Assembly (NCBI GenBank): GCA_028692715.1
Contig: JAQUWU010000002.1
Coordinates: 23,437 to 87,436, forward strand
From: Paludibacter sp.
GTDB taxonomy: Bacteria; Bacteroidota; Bacteroidia; Bacteroidales; Paludibacteraceae
Reading direction: 5' to 3'
DNA: 64,000 nt
Position numbers and translations under genes: made by a program. Position 1 is the stretch's first letter. The number at the start of each line of letters is the position of its first letter. Positions 20,878 to 31,229 of this stretch are shown piece by piece. Under the pieces are notes generated by a model. It saw only the letters and a program-made list of their open reading frames with translations. It was not told where the DNA came from and did not search any database.

Positions 20878-22038
20878 ATGATAAAAGCAAAATATCCAGT
20901 AGCAAAATTTAGCGAAATTCAAACTCCATTTTATTATTATGATTTGGAAGTTCTTCGTGAAACACTTTCAGAAATAAATGCTCAGGCAAACAAAAATAAA
21001 TTTCATGTCCATTATGCCATGAAAGCAAATGCGAATCCGGGCGTTCTCGAAGTAATTAAAAATGCAGGTTTTGGTGCCGATTGTGTGAGCGGTGGAGAAG
21101 TGGAAGCAGCATTAAAAGCTGGAGTTCCCGCAACAAAAGTCGTTTTTGCAGGTGTTGGAAAAGCCGACTGGGAAATCAATCTGGGATTAGAAAATGATAT
21201 TTTTTGTTTTAATGTAGAGTCAGTTCCCGAACTTGAAGTAATTAATGAACTGGCTGCTGCAAAAGGGAAAGTGGCAAATGTGGCGTTGCGTATTAATCCA
21301 AATGTAAGTGCTCATACGCATCATTATATTACGACAGGTTTGAGTGAAAATAAGTTTGGAATTAATATGGAAGATTTAGACCTTGTGGTGGATTTATTTC
21401 CTTCGTTGAAACATGTAAAACTTATTGGAATACATTTTCATATTGGTTCGCAAATCACCGACATGACTTCGTTTCAGGGGTTGTGTGTTCGTATAAATGA
21501 ATTGCAACAGTATTTTTTATTAAAAAATGTTCGTTTGGAACATATCAATGTTGGTGGCGGATTAGGAATCAATTACGAACATCCGAATCATTTTCCTATT
21601 CCCGATTTCGAAGCATATTTCAATGTTTTTCGTGACCATTTGGAATTGAAGGAGCATCAAACACTTCATTTCGAATTGGGAAGAGCTGTTGTCGCACAAT
21701 GTGGAAGCTTAATTTCGAGAGTGTTGTATGTAAAACAAAGTGGCTCGAAAAAATTTGCTATTCTCGATGCCGGATTTACTGAATTAATTCGTCCGGCTTT
21801 GTATCAGGCATATCATCGCATCGAAAACTTATCATCTGAACTTCCAACCGAAAAATATGATGTTGTTGGTCCTATTTGCGAATCATCCGATACATTTGCA
21901 AAAGGATTTGAGCTGAATCAAACAAAACGCGGTGACATCATTGCATTGAGATCAGCCGGTGCTTATGGTGAAATTATGGCTTCGCAATACAATCTGCGTA
22001 AATTGCCAAAGGCATATAACTCAGATGAACTAATTTAA
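20878..22038 (+). CDS. lysA: diaminopimelate decarboxylase
   Basis: 386 aa. PLP-dependent Orn/DAP decarboxylase fold (HVHYAMKAN, GGGLGI, ICESSD). Confidence 0.9.
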   Translation: MIKAKYPVAKFSEIQTPFYYYDLEVLRETLSEINAQANKNKFHVHYAMKANANPGVLEVIKNAGFGADCVSGGEVEAALKAGVPATKVVFAGVGKADWEINLGLENDIFCFNVESVPELEVINELAAAKGKVANVALRINPNVSAHTHHYITTGLSENKFGINMEDLDLVVDLFPSLKHVKLIGIHFHIGSQITDMTSFQGLCVRINELQQYFLLKNVRLEHINVGGGLGINYEHPNHFPIPDFEAYFNVFRDHLELKEHQTLHFELGRAVVAQCGSLISRVLYVKQSGSKKFAILDAGFTELIRPALYQAYHRIENLSSELPTEKYDVVGPICESSDTFAKGFELNQTKRGDIIALRSAGAYGEIMASQYNLRKLPKAYNSDELI

Positions 22039-22179
22039 GAGACCACTAACCTCTAAAGGGAAATGAAAATTACATTATTAATAAGTGATAGTAAATATAT
22101 TTAACAAATAAAAAAACAACTTTAATCCCCTGCAATTTATCCTGATTTATCGGGAGGGGTTAGGGGTAAATCATATCGT

Positions 22180-23346
22180 ATGGAAATTTACGGTTTCTCT
22201 TTTTCTTTGGTCGAATTAATTTGTATAGGAGTTTTATTCCTTACATTCTTTTATCAGCTTTATTTTTATTTCAGATATATGAACGGAGTTCTGCGACTTC
22301 GTACTAAGATAAATAAAAAGAATGTCACTTTTCTAAATGAACAGCCACCGGTATCAGTAATTATTTGTGCAAAAGACGAATCTGAAAATCTGAAAAAATA
22401 CCTGCCCTTTGTTCTTCATCAGGATTATCCTGAATTTGAGGTAATTGTCATTAATGACGGGTCAACCGATGATACGGAAAATTTACTCAACAACTTGTGT
22501 GTGGAATATCCTAATCTCAAAACTACCTTTGTTCCGGTAGGGGCTAATAATGTTAGTACAAAGAAATTGGGTTTAACTCTTGGTGTAAAAGCTTCAAAGT
22601 ATGATTTATTGCTTTTTACTGATGCCGATTGTATGCCCGAAGATAAAACCTGGATTGCTCGTATAGCCCGCAATTTTTCTAAAGAAACAGAATTTGTACT
22701 TGGATATGGTGCTTATCTTAATAAAAAAGGATTTCTGAATCGGCTCATTACTTTCGATACTCTTTTTATAGCCTTACAATACCTTGGAATGGCAGCTGCA
22801 CATAAACCCTACATGGGTGTAGGCCGAAATCTTGCTTATCGTAAGGAAACATTTTTCGCCCAAAAAGGCTTTGCCTCTACTTTACAATTAAGCTCGGGAG
22901 ACGATGATTTGATGGTAAACAAAGCTTGTACACATAATAATACCAAAATAGAAATATCTCCTGAAAGTGTAACATGGTCAGAACCCAATATAACATTTAG
23001 AAATTGGCTATTTCAGAAAGCGCGACATCTTTCAGTTTCCGGATTTTATAAACCCTCCAGTAAACTACAACTGGCAATTGAACCTACAACTCGTGGATTC
23101 TTTTATTTATCTTTGATTTTGTCGTTTGTTTTTGGAAATTTAATTACCATTATTACTGCCGTAGCATTGTATTTGATTCGTTTTGTTGTTCAAACGACTA
23201 TCATTAATAGTTCGGCAAAACATTTCGGCGAAAGAAAATACTTTTTTTCACTCCCTATATTAGATATCTATTTACCCTTACTAAGCTTGTACATTCTTAC
23301 TTTTAGAAGAATGACTTCGAAAGGTAAATCGATAAGATGGAAATAA
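22180..23346 (+). CDS. glycosyltransferase family 2, membrane-bound
   Basis: 388 aa. N-terminal TM. VSVIICAKDE...INDGSTDDT...DADC GT2 motifs. C-terminal TM helices. Confidence 0.75.
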   Translation: MEIYGFSFSLVELICIGVLFLTFFYQLYFYFRYMNGVLRLRTKINKKNVTFLNEQPPVSVIICAKDESENLKKYLPFVLHQDYPEFEVIVINDGSTDDTENLLNNLCVEYPNLKTTFVPVGANNVSTKKLGLTLGVKASKYDLLLFTDADCMPEDKTWIARIARNFSKETEFVLGYGAYLNKKGFLNRLITFDTLFIALQYLGMAAAHKPYMGVGRNLAYRKETFFAQKGFASTLQLSSGDDDLMVNKACTHNNTKIEISPESVTWSEPNITFRNWLFQKARHLSVSGFYKPSSKLQLAIEPTTRGFFYLSLILSFVFGNLITIITAVALYLIRFVVQTTIINSSAKHFGERKYFFSLPILDIYLPLLSLYILTFRRMTSKGKSIRWK

Positions 23347-23422
23347 TATCCTTCTGTTGCAATATCCGCGATTAGTAAATGCTCATCGTTTTCAGCTAAT
23401 TTTTATCCACACAATTTTAATG

Positions 23423-23473
23423 ACCCGTATTCACACTTCCTAAAAGGAGTAAGAATATGGGTCGTTTTTTTTT
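23423..23473 (+). terminator. long imperfect hairpin + T9 run after the GT2 gene
   Basis: ACCCGTATTC...GAATATGGGTCG followed by TTTTTTTTT. Confidence 0.5.
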
Positions 23474-23742
23474 AGTTATATAAAAAGTGTAAAAATAAAT
23501 TCAAATTATAATAATACGCAAAATAAAAATTAATATTTTCTGTTTGTGACAATAATATTAATATAAATTCGTTTATCATGCAGTAAATTTGAATTTGAAA
23601 GTTAAATAACTTGTTTGTTGCTTCGTCTAATTAACTTCATATGTGAATATATGTTATTGAAATATATTTTAATTGAACTTTTTAGCTCAAATTTCGTTAA
23701 ACTATCATTCACAATTTTATTTTATATAAATTTGCCAACGTT

Positions 23743-25281
23743 ATGAAAAAAAGGACTATCTGGATACTTATTGTTTCTATGTTATTGACATTTGTGGGGC
23801 TTATTGCTTTGCAAGCCCGTTATGTACGTATAAATGCCGAAATGATAGAAAGTCAGTTTAGCGATAATGTTCAGCAAAGCTTGTTTCAAACCGTAAGTAT
23901 GGTTGAAGAAAACGAAGCACTCGAATATCTGGGTCAGACTCTTGACGGTAATGATTATCATGACAATAAAAATAAATTGTTGAGCCTAAATGATCAAAAT
24001 AAAAGTTACGGGAATGATATTGATACCGTTGGTAATCAGTTGAAAATTTCGTCCGAACAGCTTAATCGTCCAAGCATCCGACTTTCAACACGTCATGGCA
24101 AAGCAACTATTGAAGAAACGTCGAGATATTTACAGGAAAAATTTCAACAGAATTTTTCACGCTCTAAAACAATTTTGGATCAAGCAGTTTTCAGATGGAT
24201 GAAAGAATCTGATGATAAAGAAATCAGTGAGCGAGTAAATTTTGATGATTTGGATGGAATTCTTGAAAAAGTATTTGTAAATAATGGAGTGACATTGCCT
24301 TTTTACTATTCAGTAGTTGATAAACAGGGAAAGGTTATTTATAGATGTCACAAGAGTATTCATGAAGATGAAGTTAACTCCCAAAATAATGTTTACACGC
24401 AAAAACTGTTTCCTTTGGAGGAATCAAACCATCCGGCGTATTTGCAGGTGATTTTTCCAACAAAACAAAATTATATTTTAAGCTCGATGAACTTGCTATT
24501 TCCTTCAATAGCCCTCATCCTGATTATTTTGGTAATTTTTATTGTTGCTATTATTATCATTTTCAGACAGAAGCAACTGAACAATATGAAAAACGATTTT
24601 GTTAATAATATGACGCATGAATTTAAAACACCAATATCAACCATTTCGTTAGCATCGCAAATGTTGCAGGATACAGGAGTTGGTAAAACTCCGGAGTCAT
24701 TGAAACAAATTTCAAACGTCATTCGCGATGAAACAAAAAGATTGAGTTTTCAGGTTGAGAAAGTGCTTCAGATGGCTATTTTCGAGCGAGAAAAGTCTAC
24801 GTTAAAATTTAACGAGATGCAAATTAATTCTCTTATCAATGATATTATCAATAATTTCTCACTTAAAGTAACAAATAAAGGCGGAAAAATAACTTCTAAT
24901 CTGAATGCCGAAAATGATGTTGCATTAATTGATGAAGTTCATTTTACCAACGTGATTTTCAATCTAATGGATAATGCATTAAAGTATTGTGAAAAACCCT
25001 TGTTGTTAACCGTTGAAACATGGAATGAAAAGGAAAATTTGTTGATTAGTATTGAAGATAACGGAATAGGAATCAGTAAAGAAGATTTAAAACGTGTTTT
25101 TGAGAAATTCTATCGTGTATCAACCGGCAATTTACACAATGTGAAAGGTTTTGGATTGGGCTTAGCGTATGTAAAAAAAATAATACAGGAACATCGTGGA
25201 ACCATTAAAGTGGAAAGCGAATTAAATATAGGAACCAAATTTATTATAACAACACCAACACTTAAAAACTACAAATTATGA
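23743..25281 (+). CDS. sensor histidine kinase (two TM segments, periplasmic domain, HisKA + HATPase_c). RprX-like.
   Basis: 512 aa. H-box MTHEFKTPISTISLASQML. N/G boxes NLMDNALKY, GFGLGLAYV. Confidence 0.85.
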   Translation: MKKRTIWILIVSMLLTFVGLIALQARYVRINAEMIESQFSDNVQQSLFQTVSMVEENEALEYLGQTLDGNDYHDNKNKLLSLNDQNKSYGNDIDTVGNQLKISSEQLNRPSIRLSTRHGKATIEETSRYLQEKFQQNFSRSKTILDQAVFRWMKESDDKEISERVNFDDLDGILEKVFVNNGVTLPFYYSVVDKQGKVIYRCHKSIHEDEVNSQNNVYTQKLFPLEESNHPAYLQVIFPTKQNYILSSMNLLFPSIALILIILVIFIVAIIIIFRQKQLNNMKNDFVNNMTHEFKTPISTISLASQMLQDTGVGKTPESLKQISNVIRDETKRLSFQVEKVLQMAIFEREKSTLKFNEMQINSLINDIINNFSLKVTNKGGKITSNLNAENDVALIDEVHFTNVIFNLMDNALKYCEKPLLLTVETWNEKENLLISIEDNGIGISKEDLKRVFEKFYRVSTGNLHNVKGFGLGLAYVKKIIQEHRGTIKVESELNIGTKFIITTPTLKNYKL

Positions 25282-25985
25282 CTGACGAAAAAGTAAAAAT
25301 TTTATTGTGCGAAGATGATGAAAATCTTGGCATGCTTCTCAGAGAGTATTTAATTACTAAAGGATATGATGCAGACTTGCAACCCGACGGCGAAGCCGGA
25401 TACAAAGCTTTTTCACGTAATAAATACGACTTGTGTGTATTTGATGTAATGATGCCTAAAAAAGACGGATTTGCATTAGCTGCCGATGTACGTTCTATGA
25501 ACTCTGAAGTTCCTATCGTTTTTCTTACTGCAAAATCAATGAAAGAAGATATTTTGCAAGGCTTCAAGTTAGGTGCTGACGATTATTTATCGAAACCTTT
25601 CAGCATGGAAGAATTATTGTATCGTATCGAATCTATTTTACGTCGCGTTAAAGGGAAAAAGGCAAAAGATGTGATTATTTATAACATCGGTGATTTTATT
25701 TTCGATGCCCAAAAACAAATGTTGACGTACAACGGTGAAACTAAAAAGTTGACCACTAAAGAATCAGAGTTGCTTAATCTTTTGGCTGCTAATGCCAATA
25801 GTATTTTAGAACGTAATTTTGCTTTGAAAACTATTTGGGTTGACGATAACTATTTCAATGCACGTAGTATGGACGTTTATATCACTAAATTGCGTAAATT
25901 GTTGAAAGACGATCAGAATGTAGCAATTATCAACATTCACGGAAAAGGTTATAAGCTGATTACTCCTCAGGTAAAAGAAGATTAA
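25278..25985 (+). CDS. OmpR-family response regulator, translationally coupled to the kinase (ATGA overlap). RprY-like.
   Basis: 235 aa. ILLCEDDENL...LCVFDVMMP REC domain and a winged-helix output domain. Confidence 0.9.
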   Translation: MTDEKVKILLCEDDENLGMLLREYLITKGYDADLQPDGEAGYKAFSRNKYDLCVFDVMMPKKDGFALAADVRSMNSEVPIVFLTAKSMKEDILQGFKLGADDYLSKPFSMEELLYRIESILRRVKGKKAKDVIIYNIGDFIFDAQKQMLTYNGETKKLTTKESELLNLLAANANSILERNFALKTIWVDDNYFNARSMDVYITKLRKLLKDDQNVAIINIHGKGYKLITPQVKED

Positions 25986-26019
25986 TAGATTTTAATTATA
26001 ACTGCATTACAATAAATAA

Positions 26020-26053
26020 AAAAAAATCGCTCGTTAGGGCGGTTTTTTTTGTT
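26020..26053 (+). terminator. rho-independent terminator after the two-component operon
   Basis: AAAAAAAAATCGCTCGTTAGGGCGGTTTTTTTT. Confidence 0.5.
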
Positions 26054-26125
26054 TAAAAAATATTGAGATGGCACAGTTTATTTGTACCTTTACACGTACC
26101 TAAATGTAATACTAAAACATACGAA

Positions 26126-26906
26126 TATGAAGAGAACGGTTTTAATAACAGGTGCTTCCGGGGGGATTGGTCTTGAACTGGCTCATATTTTTGCCTCAAA
26201 AGGTGCTAATTTAGTCCTTGTTGCACGAAGTAAAGATAAGCTTGATACATTTAAGCTTAAAATCGGGAAAAAATATGGTGTGACAATTTACAATATTGGA
26301 AAAGATCTTACCAACCTTGATGCTGCTCGTGAAGTTTTTGATGAAATCTCAAAGAAACAAATTCATATTGATTTCTTAATAAATAATGCCGGATTTGGAG
26401 ATTTTGGTCACTTTGCCAAGTCCAGTTACGAAAAACAATTGCAGATGATAAATCTGAATGTCACCACTCTGACCTTATTAACGCATTTGTTCCTTCCCGA
26501 TATGATTAAAGCCGGCTATGGAAAAATTCTGAATGTGGCTTCAACGGCAGCTTTTCAACCCGGTCCTACAATGTCGGTGTATTTTGCGACAAAAGCTTAT
26601 GTCCTCAGTTTTTCTGAAGCAATTGCTCACGAATTGAGTAAAACCGGAGTTACAGTTACAGTGTTATGTCCGGGAGCGACAGAAACCGGATTTAAAGATG
26701 CTGCTGATCTGGAGCAAAGTCAACTTTTTAAAAACAAGAATGTAGCAACTGCTAAGCAAGTTGCAGAATTTGGATTTAAAAAAATGATGAAAGGAGATGT
26801 TGTCGTTATTCACGGTTTTAAAAATAAATTAATGGCGAAATCTGCTCGTCTTGCACCCCGAAAATTAGTAGTTGCAATTGCAAAAATGACATTAAGAAAA
26901 AAATGA
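26126..26906 (+). CDS. short-chain dehydrogenase/reductase (SDR)
   Basis: About 260 aa. TGASGGIG Rossmann motif, NNAG, catalytic YxxxK (YFATKAY). Confidence 0.85.
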
Positions 26907-27093
26907 GTTTGTTTTATTGTTTTATTGGCTAAAAATGAATAAAATATATTTTAGTTAATTTGCTTGTATTCTGATAAATACTATTGGATTATTTAAAAAT
27001 GACAATTATTTTGAATAATTCTGCGAAAAATCGTTGGTTTATAATTATATAAGATTATCTTTGCAGGACATTAAATAATAATAAATATCAACA

Positions 27094-27285
27094 ATGAGTA
27101 AAGGAACAGTAAAATTCTTCAATGAATCTAAAGGTTTTGGATTTATTAGTGAAGAAGGTTCAAACAAAGAACATTTCGTACACATTTCAGGTTTAATTGA
27201 TCAAATTCGTGAAGGTGATACCGTAGAATTTGACTTGCAAGAAGGCAAAAAAGGATTAAATGCTGTAAATGTAAAAGTAATTTAG
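27094..27285 (+). CDS. cspA: cold-shock protein (CspA family)
   Basis: 63 aa. GTVKFFNESKGFGFI RNP-1 motif. Confidence 0.9.
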   Translation: MSKGTVKFFNESKGFGFISEEGSNKEHFVHISGLIDQIREGDTVEFDLQEGKKGLNAVNVKVI

Positions 27286-27320
27286 TATATACTATTTGAC
27301 TTTTGTCACTGCTTAAAAGT

Positions 27321-27350
27321 CTATCATTCTTTATTGATAGGCTTTTTTTT
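27321..27350 (+). terminator. csp terminator
   Basis: CTATCATTCTTTATTGATAGG followed by CTTTTTTTT. Confidence 0.6.
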
Positions 27351-27911
27351 GTGTCCTATATTTACTATTATCCTATTTTATTCCAACTGTAGACATTTAA
27401 AATTACCCAATCATTTTGAATGTCTAGAGTTGTTAAGTAATCGTAATTAGTTATTGATACGTTTGTTAAACACATAGTGCACAATAGATGTAGAATAAAA
27501 AAATAAGACTCAGAATACATAGCTTAATCACATTTTGGGATTAAGAATACTCTAAAACTTGAATATCGAAAGATATTCAATCTATGTGAACTAAGTCTTT
27601 TGTCCAAATTAGTCTATGTGCCTACCTGCTGTAGGCAAGTCCTATTGTGGCAAAAACATATCATTAAATCTTTTTTTCTACTTAATACCGATATTTACGA
27701 ACAAATTGAACAATAAGATGACCTTGCTTGCAATAGGCAGGGGCGAAATTGAGCTATATTGTTTGTACGATCAGTATTATTTCTTATAAACGGGTTGTTA
27801 ATTAGTTTTTTTTCATAGTTTTGTAGCTTGTTTTTAGTAGAGCATTAAACCTCTTAAGTAAAAACAAGTCTTTTTATTATGTCATTTTTCATAATGTAAC
27901 AACACTTTATC

Positions 27912-30557
27912 ATGAAAAAATCTTACCGATTAATAATAAGTAGTTTTTTTATTCTTATTTCAAGCTCAATTTTTTCTGTAAGCAATGAAGCTCCTAATTT
28001 CAGTCAGTTGGTTTCCTCCCGCTTTTATCGGCAATGGGCTAAAATTACTCAGGAAAAGGCATACATTCAAACCGATAAACCTTATTACAATGCCGGAGAA
28101 GATATCTGGTTCAAAGGATATGTACTAAATGCTGCAACGCACATTCCAAATTCGGTTAGCAGGTTTTTGTATGTCGAATTGCTAGACAAATCCGACTCGG
28201 TTATCAGTAGAGTAAAAATACGGAAAGATTCACTTGGATTTTATGGAAACATAAAGCTTAACCCGGAATTACAACCCGGAATGTTTGCTATAAGAGCGTA
28301 TACGTATTATATGCAAAATGTATCTTCAGATTTTTTCTTCTCCAAAAATATTTACATTGGTAACAGTATCGACGATCGGGTTAATTGTAATATAGTATAT
28401 GGAAAAACGATTAATAATACTATCCCTGTTTTTTTAGAATTTAAAAATACATTTAAAAGTCCTATTGTTGATCGAAGAGTTAAAATTACTTACAACGGCA
28501 GCGAAAAAAGTTATAAATCTACATTTTTACAAACAAACAAAGACGGGCGAATTGCATGGTTGATTCCGTACGACAGTTTGTTGACAAACAAATATATTGA
28601 AGTCAGAATTGCTGATGATGACATGAAATATAGTAAGAAATTCTTTATTCCGGATTTTAGGAACGACTTTGATCTTCAGTTTTTTCCCGAAAGTGGCGTT
28701 TTTCTGAATAATATTTTGCAAACAATTGCTTTTAAAGCTATCGGGACTAACGGATTATCTACCGAAATAACCGGAGTTTTATACAATTCGAAAGGAGAGG
28801 AAATCTCTGATATTAATTCCGTGAACAAAGGAATGGGCAAATTTACTTTAGTTGCTTCTGAAAATGAAACTTACTATGTAATCGTAAAAAATGCGAAAGG
28901 GATTCAGAAACGTTTTGAATTGTCGAACAATAAATCTGTTGGTATTGGCCTTCATATGGGCAAAAATCGAGGGAAAATATACTATCAGGTTTTTAATAAC
29001 ACCATTTTGCCTACAAATGAATACTATTTACTAATTCATTCACGAGGAATTCCATTTGTTGTTCAGAAAATAAATAAAACTGAAGGCATTATCCCCGAAG
29101 AATTATTGCCGTCTGGTATAGTCTCTTTTGCGGTGTTGGATTCATTGGGAAATACTTATTGCGAAAGATTGATGTTTATACAGAATAACGACCAGCCCAT
29201 TATTACAATGAAAAGTGATAAAACAAATTATGCTAAACGTGAACCCGTACAACTTGATTTTAATATTAAATCTTTACGACAGAAACCTGTTGATGGCAGT
29301 TTTTCCATTAGTGTAACCGACAGTAAAATAGTGAAACAAGATACATTAGGGAATAATATTTTGAGCTATTTTTTATTATCATCTGATATTAAGGGTTATA
29401 TTGAGGACCCTGGAAGTTATTTCGATGAAGATCAACGGATTTCGAACGAAAAAATTGATGTTCTTTTGTTGACTCAGGGTTGGCGAAGGTTTAGTACTGA
29501 TGATATTGCAAAGGGAAAATTTAATGTTCAAAAATATTATGCCGAAGTAGGCCAGGCAATAACAGGAAAAGTGACAAATATATTCGGAAAACCCAATGTA
29601 AATTCTGAAATTATTATGTTGTTAGGTTATAAAAATCAGATATCCACGACCAAAACGGATAGCGCCGGAAATTATTTAATTGATGGCATTGAGTTTCCTG
29701 ATAGTACAAATATTGTTTTAAAAGCCAAGAAATATAAAAATTTAGCAGACGTAGAAATTACACCCGATGCCGATGTTTTTCCCGAAACAAATATGTTTAT
29801 TCCGGAATCAACCGACAAAAGCGATTTACCCCCTGATGATTATTTCCTCCAAACTAAGGAAAAGTATTATACCGATGGCGGAATGTTGGTAATAAATTTG
29901 CATGAATTAACCGTTAAAGCTGAAAAGAAAAAAGATAATTTTGATACGGATATTTATTCAGGGATGGCATCTACTCAGATTAAATCGGATGATTTAGAAA
30001 AATATCCCGGCATGTCAGTGCTGGATATTTTATCTACTGTTCCGGGAGTCACAGTTATGGGCGATGAGGTCTCCATAAGAGGAAGTTCTCATAATCCACT
30101 TTTTATGATTGATGGAATCGAAACACAGGAAATGCAGGACTTGACCTATCTTACTTCAACTGATATTGAAAGTATTTCGGTGTTTAAAGGTGCCGATGCA
30201 GCCATTTTTGGTTCGAAGGGAGGAAGTGGAGCAGTTACCATAACGCTAAAAAAAGGTGCTTCTATACAACAAATTACACCTTCAAGTTTAGCGCTTATTA
30301 AGCCATTAGGTTATCAGAAACCTTCAGAGTTTTATGTCCCGAAATATGATGTCGACAGTATTCTTATAAGCACGAAACCCGATTTGAGAACTACTATTTA
30401 CTGGAATCCAACGTTGGTTGCCGATAGTACAGGTAATGTTCATGTCCAATTTTATACTGCTGATAAAGCCTCGAATTATACCCTCGTTTTTGAGGGAATA
30501 ACCGATAAAGGTGAAATATGCAGATTTAAGGGAAGTATCAGAAGAGAAGGTTTTTAA
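27912..30557 (+). CDS. large secreted protein with C-terminal TonB-dependent-receptor plug domain but no beta-barrel
   Basis: 881 aa. Signal peptide. Near the C-terminus a complete plug (LDILSTVPGVTV...SIRGSS...IDGIE...ISVFKGADAAIFGSKGGSGAVTI) followed by only about 100 residues. Confidence 0.6.
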   Translation: MKKSYRLIISSFFILISSSIFSVSNEAPNFSQLVSSRFYRQWAKITQEKAYIQTDKPYYNAGEDIWFKGYVLNAATHIPNSVSRFLYVELLDKSDSVISRVKIRKDSLGFYGNIKLNPELQPGMFAIRAYTYYMQNVSSDFFFSKNIYIGNSIDDRVNCNIVYGKTINNTIPVFLEFKNTFKSPIVDRRVKITYNGSEKSYKSTFLQTNKDGRIAWLIPYDSLLTNKYIEVRIADDDMKYSKKFFIPDFRNDFDLQFFPESGVFLNNILQTIAFKAIGTNGLSTEITGVLYNSKGEEISDINSVNKGMGKFTLVASENETYYVIVKNAKGIQKRFELSNNKSVGIGLHMGKNRGKIYYQVFNNTILPTNEYYLLIHSRGIPFVVQKINKTEGIIPEELLPSGIVSFAVLDSLGNTYCERLMFIQNNDQPIITMKSDKTNYAKREPVQLDFNIKSLRQKPVDGSFSISVTDSKIVKQDTLGNNILSYFLLSSDIKGYIEDPGSYFDEDQRISNEKIDVLLLTQGWRRFSTDDIAKGKFNVQKYYAEVGQAITGKVTNIFGKPNVNSEIIMLLGYKNQISTTKTDSAGNYLIDGIEFPDSTNIVLKAKKYKNLADVEITPDADVFPETNMFIPESTDKSDLPPDDYFLQTKEKYYTDGGMLVINLHELTVKAEKKKDNFDTDIYSGMASTQIKSDDLEKYPGMSVLDILSTVPGVTVMGDEVSIRGSSHNPLFMIDGIETQEMQDLTYLTSTDIESISVFKGADAAIFGSKGGSGAVTITLKKGASIQQITPSSLALIKPLGYQKPSEFYVPKYDVDSILISTKPDLRTTIYWNPTLVADSTGNVHVQFYTADKASNYTLVFEGITDKGEICRFKGSIRREGF

Positions 30558-30651
30558 AATAATGCATTTATATTTTGTTAAATCAAACCTTTTTTAATAG
30601 ATTTGCAAAGAATTGATATTGCTTGCAATTATTAAATAAAAACACAGTATT

Positions 30652-31218
30652 ATGGAAGTTTTTCAAAATTTGGATCCTTTATTGAGGATGTTTTGGTTTA
30701 TCGCTCTTCCCGCAAGTGCAATTTTTATTGTACAAACAATAATGACTTTTATTGGTGCCGATGCATCCGATGGACTCAATGCCGATTTTGATGGCGATAT
30801 GAGTGGTGGTGATGCACCATTTCAATTGTTCTCGCTTCGAAACCTTGTTAATTTCTTACTTGGTTTTGGGTGGACGGGTGTGTCCTGTTTTCGTTCTATC
30901 GAAAACAAAACAATTCTTCTTTTTGTTGCGGTAATTGTAGGGATAGTATTCGTTTTTATGTTTTTTGTTATCATACGTCAGATTCAAAAATTGGCTGAAG
31001 ATAATTCTTTTAAACTTTCTAGCACATTAAACAAAACAGCCGATGTTTATCTCGCAATTCCAGAAAAGAAATCAGGAAAAGGGAAAATAATGATCAGTAT
31101 TAATGGCTCATATCATGAACTTGATGCTATGACAGAAAATGAAAGAATACCAACAGGAGCTGTTGTAAAAATTGTAAAAATTGAAAATTCAGATATCTTA
31201 ATTGTAGAACTCATTTAA
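30652..31218 (+). CDS. NfeD-family membrane protein (YqiJ-like), partner of flotillin
   Basis: 188 aa. Multiple TM helices plus a C-terminal beta/OB-like segment. 11-nt gap to the flotillin gene. Confidence 0.6.
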   Translation: MEVFQNLDPLLRMFWFIALPASAIFIVQTIMTFIGADASDGLNADFDGDMSGGDAPFQLFSLRNLVNFLLGFGWTGVSCFRSIENKTILLFVAVIVGIVFVFMFFVIIRQIQKLAEDNSFKLSSTLNKTADVYLAIPEKKSGKGKIMISINGSYHELDAMTENERIPTGAVVKIVKIENSDILIVELI

Positions 31219-31229
31219 AACCCACTTAC

